Positions 35,672 to 46,348 of a DNA stretch of 51,023 nt are shown piece by piece. A program made the translations under genes and the position numbers. Below the pieces are notes generated by a model, which was given only the letters and a program-made list of their open reading frames with translations, did no database searches and was not told the DNA's origin. The DNA comes from Gemmatimonadota bacterium (GTDB taxonomy: Bacteria > Gemmatimonadota > Gemmatimonadetes > Longimicrobiales > Gaopeijiaceae). The stretch covers positions 1 to 51,023 of the forward strand of contig JBDHHQ010000024.1 of NCBI GenBank assembly GCA_039589315.1. Direction: 5' to 3'. Numbering within the stretch: the stretch's first letter is position 1; every line of letters starts with the position of its first letter.

Positions 35672-38076
35672 TCGTCTCATACCGCTGGCTCAAGGACGTG
35701 GCGCCCGGGCTGACCCTGACGCCGGACGAGGTGGTCGAGCGCCTCGCGCTCCGCGGCGCGCCCATCGAGGGCATGGACGATCTGGGTGCCGCGTTCGCCG
35801 GTCTGCAGGTCGCTCGCGTCGTGCAGGTGGAGCGCCATCCCGATGCCGATCGCCTCTCGCTCTGCCAAGTCGATGCCGGGGGCGGTGAGCACCTGCAGGT
35901 GATCTGCGGAGCGCCCAACGTGCGCGCGGGTGCGTGGTACCCGTTCGCTCCGGTCGGGGCTCGGCTCCCCGACGGGATGAGGATCAAGAAGGTGAAGATC
36001 CGGGGCGTTCCCTCCGTGGGGATGCTCTGCTCCGAGCGGGAGCTCGGGCTCGGCCGCGATCACGCCGGCATCCTCGAGCTGGAGGGCGACTTCAGCGCCG
36101 GCCAGCCCCTCACCGAGGCTCTCGGTATGGACGACGTGCGCCTCGACGTCGAGGTCTCGCCGAACCGGGGCGATCTCCTGTCCCATCTGGGGGTGGCCAG
36201 GGAGCTGACTGCCGAAGGCGACGCCGGCCTGACCTTGCCCGGCATCCCGGGAGGCATTCCGTACGAGGGAGCCTTGACGTCCGCCCCGATGGAGGTGGAG
36301 GGGGGCGGCGTGCGGATCCGGATCGACGAGCCCGATCTTTGTCGACGCTTCCTCGCGGTGGTAATCCGTGGCGTGAAGATCGGCCCGAGCCCACCATGGC
36401 TGGCCAACCGCCTCAGGGCCGTCGGTGCACAGCCCATCAACAACGTGGTCGATGTCACGAACTACGCCATGCTGGAGTTGGGCCACCCCATGCACGCCTA
36501 CGATCTGGCGAAGCTGGGTGGCTCGGCCATCGTGGTTCGGCGCGCGGTCGATGGTGAGAAGCTCGAGACGCTCGACGGCGTGACCCGGACGCTCAGATCC
36601 GACATGCTGGCCATCTGTGATGCCAACGAGCCCGTGGGGATCGGAGGGATCATGGGGGGCGGCGACTCGGAGGTCGCGGACGAGACCGTGGACGTGCTCC
36701 TGGAGTGCGCGCTCTTCGATCCCGCCAACGTGCGGGCGACCCGCCGGGCCCTGGACATGAGCACGGATGCCAGCTACCGCTTCGAGCGCGGAGTGGATCC
36801 GGCGGCCCATGAGGGAGCCATTCGACGAGGAGTCGAGCTCGTCGTCGCGGTGGCGGGGGGTGCGCCCGATGGGCAACTGCTCGATGCGTGTCCGTCGCCG
36901 TGGTCCCCGTCCACCGTAACACTGCGCCCGTCCCGCGTGGGGCACCTCCTGGGCGTGGAGCTCGACGTTGACAGCCTGGAGGACCTTCTCACACCTCTGG
37001 GCTTCGCGGTGGCTCGGGAAGGCGACGATGCCCTCTCGGTTATCGTGCCCGGTTTCCGCAGCTACGACGTCCGACGAGAGGTGGATCTCATCGAGGAAGT
37101 CGCGCGCACCTACGGCTACGATGCCTTCCCCGAGGAGCTCGGGGCCTTCCGGCCGGGCACTGTGCCCGATCATCCCCTGTTCCAGCTCGAGGACAGGCTG
37201 AGGCAGCTCCTGACTGGGCGAGGGCTCCTCGAGGTCCAGATCCCCGCCTTCTGCGCCGAGTCTGAAGGAGAGGTTGCCCTGAGCAACCCTATATCGTCTA
37301 ATGACAGCCACATGCGAAGGTGGCTGATCCCTGGGCTCGTCCGGCGGGTCGCCTACAACTTCGCTCGGGGCAACCGGACCGTCCGCCTCTTCGAGTTGGG
37401 GACCAGCTTCCGGCGCGGCGACGGGGAAGGCACTCCTCCGGTGGAGGCGACCCACTTGGCGGTGGCGCTCACGGGATCTCGGGAGCCGTCCCATTGGACC
37501 GGCGACGGGGCTGAGACGGACATCTGGGAGCTGAAGGGCATCGCCGAAATGGTGGCGCGGGCCGCGTACGGTAGCGGCGCGGCCGTCGTGCCGGGAACCG
37601 GTGCGGCGTCCCTCGTCGACGGACAAGTCCTGGAGGTCAGTACGGAGAACGGTCGGGTCGTGGGCGAGGCCGGCAGGATTCCGCCAGCGATGGTCGATGC
37701 TCCGGCGTGGGCGGGGCCCGTCTGGGGTCTCGAGATCGAGCTCCCCCCGGAGCCTGCTCCGGCGGGGGCGCTGCTGGCCGAGGCGCTACCCGAGTTCCCG
37801 GGCGTGGATCGAGACCTGGCGCTTCTGCTGTCCAAGGGAGTGTCGTCCGCGGACGTGCGACGGGTCATCGGCGAGGCGGGCGCACAGCTCTTGAGCCGCG
37901 TGGAGGTCTTCGATCTCTACGAGGGGGAAGAGCTCCCCGAGGGCTATCGCTCCGTCGCACATCGCTTGCGATTTCAGTCGTCCGACCGGACGCTCACCGA
38001 CGACGAGGTGGAGCGTGCCATGGGACGCATCCTCAGGAAACTGAAGGAGGAGCTTGGTGTCGAGGCGCGAGGCTGA
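35668..38076 (+). CDS. pheT: Phenylalanine--tRNA ligase beta subunit
   Basis: HPDADRL, CGAPN, PNRGDLLS, NNVVDVTNY, RFERGVD, DLIEEVAR, FDX-ACB tail. Confidence 0.98.
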   Translation: MIVSYRWLKDVAPGLTLTPDEVVERLALRGAPIEGMDDLGAAFAGLQVARVVQVERHPDADRLSLCQVDAGGGEHLQVICGAPNVRAGAWYPFAPVGARLPDGMRIKKVKIRGVPSVGMLCSERELGLGRDHAGILELEGDFSAGQPLTEALGMDDVRLDVEVSPNRGDLLSHLGVARELTAEGDAGLTLPGIPGGIPYEGALTSAPMEVEGGGVRIRIDEPDLCRRFLAVVIRGVKIGPSPPWLANRLRAVGAQPINNVVDVTNYAMLELGHPMHAYDLAKLGGSAIVVRRAVDGEKLETLDGVTRTLRSDMLAICDANEPVGIGGIMGGGDSEVADETVDVLLECALFDPANVRATRRALDMSTDASYRFERGVDPAAHEGAIRRGVELVVAVAGGAPDGQLLDACPSPWSPSTVTLRPSRVGHLLGVELDVDSLEDLLTPLGFAVAREGDDALSVIVPGFRSYDVRREVDLIEEVARTYGYDAFPEELGAFRPGTVPDHPLFQLEDRLRQLLTGRGLLEVQIPAFCAESEGEVALSNPISSNDSHMRRWLIPGLVRRVAYNFARGNRTVRLFELGTSFRRGDGEGTPPVEATHLAVALTGSREPSHWTGDGAETDIWELKGIAEMVARAAYGSGAAVVPGTGAASLVDGQVLEVSTENGRVVGEAGRIPPAMVDAPAWAGPVWGLEIELPPEPAPAGALLAEALPEFPGVDRDLALLLSKGVSSADVRRVIGEAGAQLLSRVEVFDLYEGEELPEGYRSVAHRLRFQSSDRTLTDDEVERAMGRILRKLKEELGVEARG

Positions 38077-38371
38077 TCCTGGAGAGACGCCGGAGCGAGC
38101 AGCTCTGGAACGACTCGCGGCAACTGTGGACCAGGCGGTTGCCCACGTAGGTGTGCTGACGGACCGGGCCCGCACGGCCGAGTCCCGGACGGGGGAGCTC
38201 GAGGCCCTGCTGGCGCGCTTCAGCAGCGGAGAGGAGGACCCCGGGGCGTACGTGGAAAAGTTGAGGACGCTGGAAGAAGAGAACGCCGACCTGCGGGGCC
38301 GCATCGAACAGGGCCGCGAAGCGGCGCAGCGTCTCCTGGCGCGCATCCGTTTCCTGGAGGAGCAACGGTGA
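38057..38371 (+). CDS. Coiled-coil protein, ZapB-like
   Basis: Heptad-rich (LRTLEEENADLRGRIE), located between pheT and zapA; start GTG 38057 or TTG 38054. Confidence 0.6.
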   Translation: MSRREADPGETPERAALERLAATVDQAVAHVGVLTDRARTAESRTGELEALLARFSSGEEDPGAYVEKLRTLEEENADLRGRIEQGREAAQRLLARIRFLEEQR

Positions 38372-38694
38372 ATACGAGACCCAAGATGTACTCGGTCACG
38401 GTCCGGATCGCCGGCGAGGAGCACGTGATTCGCGCCAACGCCGAACCGGAGTACACCAAGGACTGCGCTCGATTCGTCGATGAGCGGATCTCGGAGATCC
38501 GCCGTCAGGCCGGGCTGATCGAAGGCCACAAAGTCGCGATTCTGGCTGCCCTGTCCATTACGGACGAGTTCTTTCAGGCCAGGCTGGAGATGGCGAAGGT
38601 CCGTGGCGATTTGGCCAGCTCGGTAGACGCTGTCGTGGAGCGGCTCTCCGCAGGGCTCGCCGAACAGACCGACGGGGAAGAGCCTCCGGGTTAG
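38368..38694 (+). CDS. zapA: Cell division protein ZapA
   Basis: VTVRIAGEEH.I, ARFVDERI, KVAILAALSITDE. Confidence 0.9.
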   Translation: MNTRPKMYSVTVRIAGEEHVIRANAEPEYTKDCARFVDERISEIRRQAGLIEGHKVAILAALSITDEFFQARLEMAKVRGDLASSVDAVVERLSAGLAEQTDGEEPPG

Positions 38695-38937
38695 CGGAGC
38701 CACCCTCCGTCGGACCGGCCGGCCCGCCGACCGAATCATCCCCGCGTCCACGGGTGTATCCTGGAGGCCCGAGGTCCAGGCCTGCTCGTCCTCCTTGCGC
38801 GGCCAGAGCCGCAACCTTCTATTACACAGAACTTTCGGGCACATCCGCGCCCTGATGCCACACGCGTCTTCGGCGTGGTTTCGTGAAGAGTAACGCCCCA
38901 CCTGTCGGATACTCCGTATCCGATTTCGGAGTGATAC

Positions 38938-40503
38938 ATGGAGCCGTACGCCCTGGCTGCGGCTGTTGCCGTCGTTGTTGGCGTGGTCGGATTCTTCGTC
39001 GGCCGCGGGCTCGAGCGCATCCGTCAGGAGAAGGAGCGCCTTCAGGCCCGCGACGACGCGTCGCGCATCCTCGAGCAGGCCAACACCGAAGCCGAGAGCC
39101 TGAAGAAAGCCGGCACGCTGGAAGGCCGGGAAGAGGCCCTTCGCCTGCGGGAAGAGTGGGAGCGGGAGGAGACCCGGCGACGCGAGGAGACGGAGCGCAT
39201 CGAACGTCGCCTCGAGGAACGCTCGGAGCACCTCGACCGCAAGTTCGACCAGCTCGACGAGCGGGAACAGAACCAGGAGCGGCGAGGCCGCGAGCTGGAG
39301 CAACGCGAGAAGGGCGTAGAGGCCCGGGACGGTGAGGTGGCCGAGTTGGACCGCCAGTACCGCTCACGCCTCGAGTCCCTGGCTGGTCTGTCCGCCCAGG
39401 AAGCCAAGAAGCAGCTGATCGAGGACCTCGAGGACCAGGCCAAGGCCGAGGCGTCGAACCGCCTCAGAGAGATCAAGGAAGAGGCTCAACGCACGGCCGA
39501 GCGGGAAGCCAAGAAGATCATCGCCCTCTCGATTCAGCGGATGGCGGCGGACGAAACCGCCGAGATGACCGTTTCGGTGGTTCAGCTGCCCTCGGACGAG
39601 ATGAAGGGCCGCATCATCGGGCGGGAGGGGCGGAACATCCGCTCCTTCGAACAGGCCACCGGCATCGACGTCATCATCGACGACACCCCGGAGGCAGTGG
39701 TGCTCTCGGGCTTCGATCCCGTGCGGCGGGAGGTGGCTCGCATAGCGATGCAGCGTCTCATCGAGGACGGCCGCATCCATCCGGGTCGCATCGAAGAGGT
39801 GGTCGAGAAGAGTCAGAAGGAGGTGGAGCAGGGCATGGTGGAGGCGGCCGAGGAGGCCCTCTACGAGCTCGGCATCCACAACGTGCACGCGGAGATCGTG
39901 AAGGTCCTCGGGCATCTGAAGTTCCGCACGTCGTACGGCCAGAACCAACTGCGGCACTCCAAGGAAGTGGCGTTCCTCGCCGGCAACATGGCGGCCGAGA
40001 TGGGGCTCGACGTCCAGGCCACCAAGCGCGCCGGTATCCTTCACGACGTGGGCAAAGGGCTCACCCACGAGCAGGAGGGGACCCACGTGGAGCTGGGGTA
40101 CCGGCTCTGCAAGAAGCACAAAGAGCCGGACGTGGTCCTCAACGCAATCAAGGCGCATCACGACGAGGAGCCGCATTACTTCGCCGAGACGTTCCTCGTT
40201 ACCGCTGCCGACGCCATCAGCGGTGCCCGGCCCGGTGCCCGGCGGGAGCAGTTCGAGGGGTACGTGAAGCGGCTGGAGAAGCTCGAGGAGCTGGCCATGG
40301 GACAGCCGGGCGTCGAGCGTGTCTTCGCGATCCAGGCGGGGCGTGAGCTCCGCGTGATGGTCGAGCCGGAAAAGGTCACCGATACCGACATGGCGCAGCT
40401 CTCCGAGGCGGTTGCTCGCAAGATCGAGGACGAGCTCCAGTACCCCGGCCAGATCAAGGTTGTGGTGGTCCGGGAGACCCGGGCCATCGACTTCGCACGT
40501 TGA
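38938..40503 (+). CDS. rny: Ribonuclease Y
   Basis: N-terminal TM, coiled coil, KH ([14 protein letters not shown]), HD (ILHDVGK), [14 protein letters not shown]. Confidence 0.98.
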   Translation: MEPYALAAAVAVVVGVVGFFVGRGLERIRQEKERLQARDDASRILEQANTEAESLKKAGTLEGREEALRLREEWEREETRRREETERIERRLEERSEHLDRKFDQLDEREQNQERRGRELEQREKGVEARDGEVAELDRQYRSRLESLAGLSAQEAKKQLIEDLEDQAKAEASNRLREIKEEAQRTAEREAKKIIALSIQRMAADETAEMTVSVVQLPSDEMKGRIIGREGRNIRSFEQATGIDVIIDDTPEAVVLSGFDPVRREVARIAMQRLIEDGRIHPGRIEEVVEKSQKEVEQGMVEAAEEALYELGIHNVHAEIVKVLGHLKFRTSYGQNQLRHSKEVAFLAGNMAAEMGLDVQATKRAGILHDVGKGLTHEQEGTHVELGYRLCKKHKEPDVVLNAIKAHHDEEPHYFAETFLVTAADAISGARPGARREQFEGYVKRLEKLEELAMGQPGVERVFAIQAGRELRVMVEPEKVTDTDMAQLSEAVARKIEDELQYPGQIKVVVVRETRAIDFAR

Positions 40504-40519
40504 CCTCAATCCCGACCTC

Positions 40520-41419
40520 ATGTCTGCAAGCGTCATTTCAGGAAAAGAGATCGCCGCCGACATCCGCGCCGAGCTGAAGGAGCGAGTCGCCACACTCGCC
40601 GAGCAGGGGCTCGTGCCCGGCCTGGCCACGGTCCTGGTGGGCGAGGACCCGGCGAGCAGCGTCTACGTCGGCATGAAGAACAAGGCCGCCGGCGAGGCGG
40701 GCATCTACTCGCGGCAGATCACGCTGTCCGCCGACACCCCCGAGGACGAGCTCCTCGGCGTCGTGGCGGGTCTGAACGCCGACCCGCAGATCCATGGCAT
40801 TCTCGTCCAGCTCCCGCTGCCGGATCAGATCGACGAGAGCAAGGTGCTGCTGGCCATCGACCCGGGGAAGGACGTGGACGGCTTCCATCCGATGAACGTC
40901 GGCCGTCTCTCTACGGGCGCTCTCGACGTGCTGACGCCCTGCACACCGAGAGGGGTGATCGAGATGCTCGTTCGGAGCGGCCACGATCCCTCGGGCAAGC
41001 ACGCCGTGGTCGTAGGACGGTCCAACATCGTGGGCCGCCCCATGGCCTCGCTGCTCCTCCGCAAGGCTCAGGGGGGGAACGCCACGGTGACGGTGGCGCA
41101 CAGCCGCACGGCAGACCTGGGGGCCATGACGCGACAGGCCGACATACTCATCGCCGCCATCGGCAGGCCCGAGATGATCACGGCGGATATGGTGAAGCCG
41201 GGGGCGGTCGTGATCGACGTCGGCGTCAACCGCGTGGACGCTCCGGATCGAGAGCGAGGGTACAAGCTCGTGGGAGACGTAGCGTACGACGAGGTCAAGG
41301 AGGTCGCCGGGGCCATCACGCCGGTCCCCGGGGGCGTGGGACCGATGACGATCGCCATGCTTCTCAAGAACACGGTGGACGCGGCGCTGGCTCTGGACGG
41401 CGGGTCCGGCGAGGGCTGA
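40520..41419 (+). CDS. folD: Bifunctional methylenetetrahydrofolate dehydrogenase/cyclohydrolase
   Basis: [41 protein letters not shown]. Confidence 0.98.
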   Translation: MSASVISGKEIAADIRAELKERVATLAEQGLVPGLATVLVGEDPASSVYVGMKNKAAGEAGIYSRQITLSADTPEDELLGVVAGLNADPQIHGILVQLPLPDQIDESKVLLAIDPGKDVDGFHPMNVGRLSTGALDVLTPCTPRGVIEMLVRSGHDPSGKHAVVVGRSNIVGRPMASLLLRKAQGGNATVTVAHSRTADLGAMTRQADILIAAIGRPEMITADMVKPGAVVIDVGVNRVDAPDRERGYKLVGDVAYDEVKEVAGAITPVPGGVGPMTIAMLLKNTVDAALALDGGSGEG

Positions 41420-41430
41420 GCGAGCCCGGC

Positions 41431-43065
41431 GTGACTTCCGACTCATTGAACCTCGACCTGTTCACGTCGGATCCCGATCCGGCGGGCCCGGATGGCGAGG
41501 CTGAGCAAGACGCTCGGCCCGCCGCCGACCGTCGAGCGGCAGGTAGCCCGGAGGCGGCACAGTCCGGGACCGGCGACGCCACGACCGGTCTCGGCGGCGA
41601 GCCTCCCATCGCGGCCGAGCCCCTCTCGGGTCCCCCTCCGCTCTGGCTCGAGGACTCTCCCGTCGAGCCGACCGACGAGACGGCCGAGGGCGAACGGGAC
41701 CCCTTCGAGGGCCACCGCGCGGTCGCCCGGGCCGACGAGACGGTCGACCCCCGAGGTGACTCGGCCGTCGACACCGAGCCCCGCGTTTGGTCGGTGAGCG
41801 AGGTGAATCACGACGTTCGTGCCCTCCTGGAAGGCGCCTTCCCCCACATCTGCGTCGAGGGCGAGGTCGGGCGGTGGACGCGGCACGCCTCGGGGCACTG
41901 CTACTTCACCCTGAAGGACGAGCGGTCGCAGCTCCGGTGCGTCATGTTTCAGAGCGACGCGGCCCGCCTGCCTCTGGATCCCGACGAGGGGCTCAAAGTC
42001 CGGGCTCTCGGGGGGCTCACTCTGTACGAGGCGAGAGGCGCGTACCAGCTGACCGTCCGTCAGCTACAAGCGGCCACCGGCGAGGGACTCTGGCGTTTGG
42101 CTTTCGAACGTCTCCGGAAGAAGCTCGACGCCGAGGGGCTGCTGGCGCCCGAGCGCAAGCGGCCGGTCCCGCGGTTTCCGCCGGCGGTGGGCGTGGTGAC
42201 GTCGGCCTCGGGCGCGGCGTTGAGGGACATCCTGACCGTCATCCGGCGGCGCGCCCCGTGGACTCGGGTCGTGCTCAACGATGCGCGGGTCCAAGGCCAC
42301 GGCGCCGCCGCGGAGGTCGCGGCCGCTCTCGACACGCTGGGTGCGTCCGGTCTTGTGGAGGTGATCATCGTGGGGCGGGGAGGAGGATCCATCGAGGATC
42401 TCTGGGCCTTCAACGAGGAGATCGTCGCCCGGGCCATCGCGGCGTGTCCCGTACCGGTGATCTCGGCCGTAGGGCATGAGGTGGACACGACCATCGCAGA
42501 CCTCGTCGCGGACCTCCGGGCCGCGACACCTTCGGCAGCCGCCGAGGCGGCCGTCCCCGACCAGGTAGAGCTCGCGCGGTCGTTGGGGGTCGTACGAGGC
42601 CGGCTGATCCGGGGGCTCCGGGGCGGTGTGGCGCACCGCAAGCTGCGTATGCGCGAAGAGGTCAACCACCTCGGCCGTGCCGCGAGGCGGGTGCTGGAGC
42701 CGAGGCATCGGGCTCTGCTGGTCGGCCGCGACCGCATGGAGCGGGCCGTCCGCCGCCAGATGGAGCCCCGACGGCACCAGTTGGGCGCCCAAAGCGACCG
42801 GGTGGAACGCGCCACTCGCCGGGTCATCGACATGGCCAGGAGGAACCTGGCAGCGGTGGCGGGGAAGATGGACGCGCTCTCACCGCTCGCCACCTTGCAG
42901 CGAGGGTACGCGGTGCCGCTCGACGACCAGAGCCGCGTGCTCCGCACCGTGACGGAGTTCGAGCCTGGCGACCGTTTCCGGCTGCGGCTGGTCGACGGCC
43001 GCGTGCACTGCGAAGCGTTGGACACAGAAGCGATCGGGGATGGACGTGGAAGCACACAATCCTGA
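41431..43065 (+). CDS. xseA: Exodeoxyribonuclease VII large subunit with N-terminal extension
   Basis: SGHCYFTLKD, GAALRDI, RGGGSIEDLWAFNEE, SAVGHEVD, LSPLATLQRGY; start uncertain, core begins near 41779. Confidence 0.95.
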   Translation: MTSDSLNLDLFTSDPDPAGPDGEAEQDARPAADRRAAGSPEAAQSGTGDATTGLGGEPPIAAEPLSGPPPLWLEDSPVEPTDETAEGERDPFEGHRAVARADETVDPRGDSAVDTEPRVWSVSEVNHDVRALLEGAFPHICVEGEVGRWTRHASGHCYFTLKDERSQLRCVMFQSDAARLPLDPDEGLKVRALGGLTLYEARGAYQLTVRQLQAATGEGLWRLAFERLRKKLDAEGLLAPERKRPVPRFPPAVGVVTSASGAALRDILTVIRRRAPWTRVVLNDARVQGHGAAAEVAAALDTLGASGLVEVIIVGRGGGSIEDLWAFNEEIVARAIAACPVPVISAVGHEVDTTIADLVADLRAATPSAAAEAAVPDQVELARSLGVVRGRLIRGLRGGVAHRKLRMREEVNHLGRAARRVLEPRHRALLVGRDRMERAVRRQMEPRRHQLGAQSDRVERATRRVIDMARRNLAAVAGKMDALSPLATLQRGYAVPLDDQSRVLRTVTEFEPGDRFRLRLVDGRVHCEALDTEAIGDGRGSTQS

Positions 43066-43318
43066 AGACGTGCCCGGGACGGCCCAGGCGGCCGATGAGC
43101 CGACACTCGAGAAGCGGCTACGCCGTCTGAACGAGATCGTCGAGGCTCTCGAGGCTGATGAGGTCGAGCTGGACCGTGCCCTGGCTCTCTTCGAAGAGGG
43201 CATCGGACACGTTCAGGTGGCCGAGCGGCTGTTGGCCGAGGCGGAATTGAAAGTCGAGGAGCTGGTCCGGCGAGCAGGAGGCACGGAGACCCGGCCCCTC
43301 GAGTCAAAGGACGAATGA
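43040..43318 (+). CDS. xseB: Exodeoxyribonuclease VII small subunit
   Basis: LNEIVEALE..LDRALALFEEG..AELKVEEL. Confidence 0.93.
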   Translation: MDVEAHNPEDVPGTAQAADEPTLEKRLRRLNEIVEALEADEVELDRALALFEEGIGHVQVAERLLAEAELKVEELVRRAGGTETRPLESKDE

Positions 43319-44226
43319 GCGATCCGGCCACCTTCGACCTTGCCACCTTCCTCGACGAAGAGCGGACGCGAGCGGATCACGCTTTGGCCCGAGCCATGGA
43401 TCGCCTCGACGGCGTCTTGCCCGCCGATGAAGGTGCGGCCGTGCGGCATGCGGTTCTGACCGGCGGCAAGCGGCTCCGTCCCATCCTGTGCGTCGCGGCG
43501 CATCGCGCCTGTGGCGGGTCGGGTGGCGATGCCGGCCACGATCTGGGTGCGGCGCTGGAGATGATCCACGCTTACTCGCTGATGCACGACGATCTGCCGT
43601 GCATGGACGACGCCGATCTCCGCAGAGGTCGGCCGACACCCCATAAGGTCTTCGGCGAAGCCACCGCCATGCGAGCCGGCGCCGCCCTCATACCCGCCGC
43701 AGGACTCCAGGCGTGGAGGGCGAGCCAATCCATGGGGTGTGGGGACGAGATCAGCGCCCAGGTCGTGGCCGAGCTCATGCGGGCGGCCGGGGGCGGCGGC
43801 ATGGTCGGAGGCCAGGTTCTGGACCTGGTGGGGGAAGGTCGATCGCTGTCGGCGACGGAGCTCGCTGCTCTGCATCGGAAGAAGACCGGGGCGCTTCTGA
43901 CCGCCTCCCTGCGCATCGGTGGGCTGGCCGGCCGCGCGGATACCATGTCCCTGGAGGCTTTGACGACGTACGGCCGGGGCGTCGGCCTGGCCTTCCAGAT
44001 CGCGGACGACATCCTGGATGCCACCTCGTCCGCCGAAACGCTGGGCAAGAACCCGTCGGACGCGGCCCTGGCCAAGTCCACGTACGTGACGCTGTACGGG
44101 CTCGACGAGGCGGAGCGAAGGGCGCAGGCAGAGGCCCGTGCCGCCGTGGCGGCTCTCGAACGCGCGGGTCTGGAGTCGCCCGCTCTCGAGGCACTCGGCC
44201 AATACGTCGTGGAGCGCACGCACTGA
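43315..44226 (+). CDS. ispA: Farnesyl/geranylgeranyl diphosphate synthase
   Basis: GGKRLRP, HDDLPCMDDADLRRG, KKTGAL, FQIADDILD. Confidence 0.93.
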   Translation: MSDPATFDLATFLDEERTRADHALARAMDRLDGVLPADEGAAVRHAVLTGGKRLRPILCVAAHRACGGSGGDAGHDLGAALEMIHAYSLMHDDLPCMDDADLRRGRPTPHKVFGEATAMRAGAALIPAAGLQAWRASQSMGCGDEISAQVVAELMRAAGGGGMVGGQVLDLVGEGRSLSATELAALHRKKTGALLTASLRIGGLAGRADTMSLEALTTYGRGVGLAFQIADDILDATSSAETLGKNPSDAALAKSTYVTLYGLDEAERRAQAEARAAVAALERAGLESPALEALGQYVVERTH

Positions 44227-44411
44227 CGTCGGACCTCGAGTACCGGACCCTCGGCCATGGAAACCGGCGTGAGGTGATGGTGTAGGTCGTTAGGCTGCTG
44301 GGCCGAGACAGGTTGCCCCGGCGACGGTCCCGAACCGTGGCTCATGGAGGTGCAGCCGCTCGGGAGCGGTCGTATCTTCTTACCAGAGCACACAATCCGG
44401 AGCATGATCTC

Positions 44412-46322
44412 TTGACCGTTCTCGATCGGATCAACTCGCCCGAAGACGTCCGACGCCTCTCACGGTCCGAACTCCACGCGCTCGTCGACGACGTTCGGGA
44501 CCGCCACATCGACGTGATCTCCACGATCGGTGGGCACTTTGGCGCGAGCCTCGGCGTGACGGAGCTCACCATTGCGCTCCACTACGTGTTCGACACCCCC
44601 CGGGATCGTCTGGTCTGGGACACGGGCCATCAGGGCTATCCGCACAAGATCCTGACGGGTCGAAACGAGCGCTTTCCCACCATCCGACAGAAGGACGGAC
44701 TTGCCCCCTTCCTGAGCCGGAAGGAGTCGGAGTACGACCACTTCGGCGCCGGCCACGCCGCCACGTCCATATCCGCGGCGCTGGGCATGGCGATCGGACG
44801 GGACATGGTGGGCCGGGACAACTCGGTGGTGGCGATCATCGGCGACGGCGCCATGGGCTGCGGCCTGGCGTACGAAGCGCTGAACAACGCGGGCCACACC
44901 GACCGCGACCTGATCGTCGTCCTGAACGACAACGACATGTCCATCGCGCCGAACGTCGGTGCCATGAACAAGTACCTCACTGGCGTGATCACCAGCCCGG
45001 TGTACAACCGGGTCCGTCACGAGGTGAAGGAGTTGCTGCACCGGGCACCGGGCAGCCTGCGCGACGTCATGGAGCGGGTGGCGTGGCGGAGCAAGGAGAG
45101 CGTAAAGGGCCTCTTCGTGCCGGGGATGATCTTCGAGGAGTTGGGGTTTCGCTACGTAGGCCCGCTCAACGGGCACGACGTCGACGCCCTCGTCGATACG
45201 TTCAAGAGCGTCAAGAGAATGGACGGACCGATACTGGTCCATTGCCTGACGCAAAAGGGGAAGGGATTCGGGCTCGCAGAGGAAAACGCCTACAAATGGC
45301 ACGCCGCCTCTCCGTTCGACAAGATCACCGGAGAAGGGAAGTCGAAGAGCAGCGGCCTGCCGCGGTACCAGAAGGTCTTCGGCCGGTCCCTGAGGGAGCT
45401 CGGCGGGAACGAGCGCATGGCGGTGATCACGGCGGCAATGCCGGATGGCACCAGTACCGAGATCTTCGGCGACGAATTCCCGGACCGATTCTTCGACGTG
45501 GGGATTGCCGAGGGCCACGGCGTGACGTCCGCGGCCGGCATGGCCACGGAGGGCGTGAAGCCAGTGGTGGCCATCTATTCCACGTTCCTCCAGCGGGCCT
45601 TCGACTCCATCGTCCACGATGTAGCGCTCCAGCAGCTACCCGTGGTGTTTTGCATGGACCGGGCCGGCATCGCAGGGCCCGACGGCCCCACCCACCACGG
45701 AACGTTCGACATCAACTACATGCTGTTGGTGCCTCACATGACGGTTACGGCGCCCAAGGACGGGTCCGAGATGGTGGGGCTCCTGAAGACCGGGCTCGAC
45801 TGGGAGGAGGGGCCCTATTCGATCCGGTATCCCCGAGATGCCGTGCCCGCTCCGGTGCCCCCGGCTGACGAGATCCCAGCCGTGGAGTACGGGACCTGGG
45901 AAGTGCTGAGGACGGGTGGCGATTTGGCCATCCTCGCCGTCGGCACCATGGTCCTGTCGTCACTCGAAGCAGCGCGAGCGTTGGCGGCGGAGGGGATTCA
46001 CGCAACGGTGGTGAACTGCCGGTTTCTGAAGCCCTACGATCGGCAGGTGCTCGGGGACGTCGTGCGGAGGCACCGAACGATCCTCACCGTAGAGGAGGGA
46101 GCCGTGGTCAACGGCTTCGGCTCGTACATGGCTCGCGAGGTCGACGGCATCGATCCCTCGGTCCGGGTTTGCACCCACGGTCTGCCCGATCGGTTCATCG
46201 AGCACGGGGCTCGCAACCTGCTGTTGGCCGAGGTCGGTCTGGACGCCGAAGGGATCGCCGCCGCCGTGCGGCCCCTCGTCTCGGGCGCGCCCTCCGGCGC
46301 TGGCGCCCGGGAAAGCGCCTGA
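44412..46322 (+). CDS. dxs: 1-deoxy-D-xylulose-5-phosphate synthase
   Basis: GGHFGASLG, WDTGHQ, GDGA, LNDN, IAEGH, YSTFLQR, DGPTHHG; start TTG 44412 inferred. Confidence 0.97.
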   Translation: MTVLDRINSPEDVRRLSRSELHALVDDVRDRHIDVISTIGGHFGASLGVTELTIALHYVFDTPRDRLVWDTGHQGYPHKILTGRNERFPTIRQKDGLAPFLSRKESEYDHFGAGHAATSISAALGMAIGRDMVGRDNSVVAIIGDGAMGCGLAYEALNNAGHTDRDLIVVLNDNDMSIAPNVGAMNKYLTGVITSPVYNRVRHEVKELLHRAPGSLRDVMERVAWRSKESVKGLFVPGMIFEELGFRYVGPLNGHDVDALVDTFKSVKRMDGPILVHCLTQKGKGFGLAEENAYKWHAASPFDKITGEGKSKSSGLPRYQKVFGRSLRELGGNERMAVITAAMPDGTSTEIFGDEFPDRFFDVGIAEGHGVTSAAGMATEGVKPVVAIYSTFLQRAFDSIVHDVALQQLPVVFCMDRAGIAGPDGPTHHGTFDINYMLLVPHMTVTAPKDGSEMVGLLKTGLDWEEGPYSIRYPRDAVPAPVPPADEIPAVEYGTWEVLRTGGDLAILAVGTMVLSSLEAARALAAEGIHATVVNCRFLKPYDRQVLGDVVRRHRTILTVEEGAVVNGFGSYMAREVDGIDPSVRVCTHGLPDRFIEHGARNLLLAEVGLDAEGIAAAVRPLVSGAPSGAGARESA

Positions 46323-46348
46323 ACCCCCTGACCGCCAGGGCTTCGAGC

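Noticed and set aside
44375..44392. TCTTACCAGAG resembling the start of a SAM-I riboswitch
   Set aside because: Only about 25 nt before dxs, with no room for the remaining helices.
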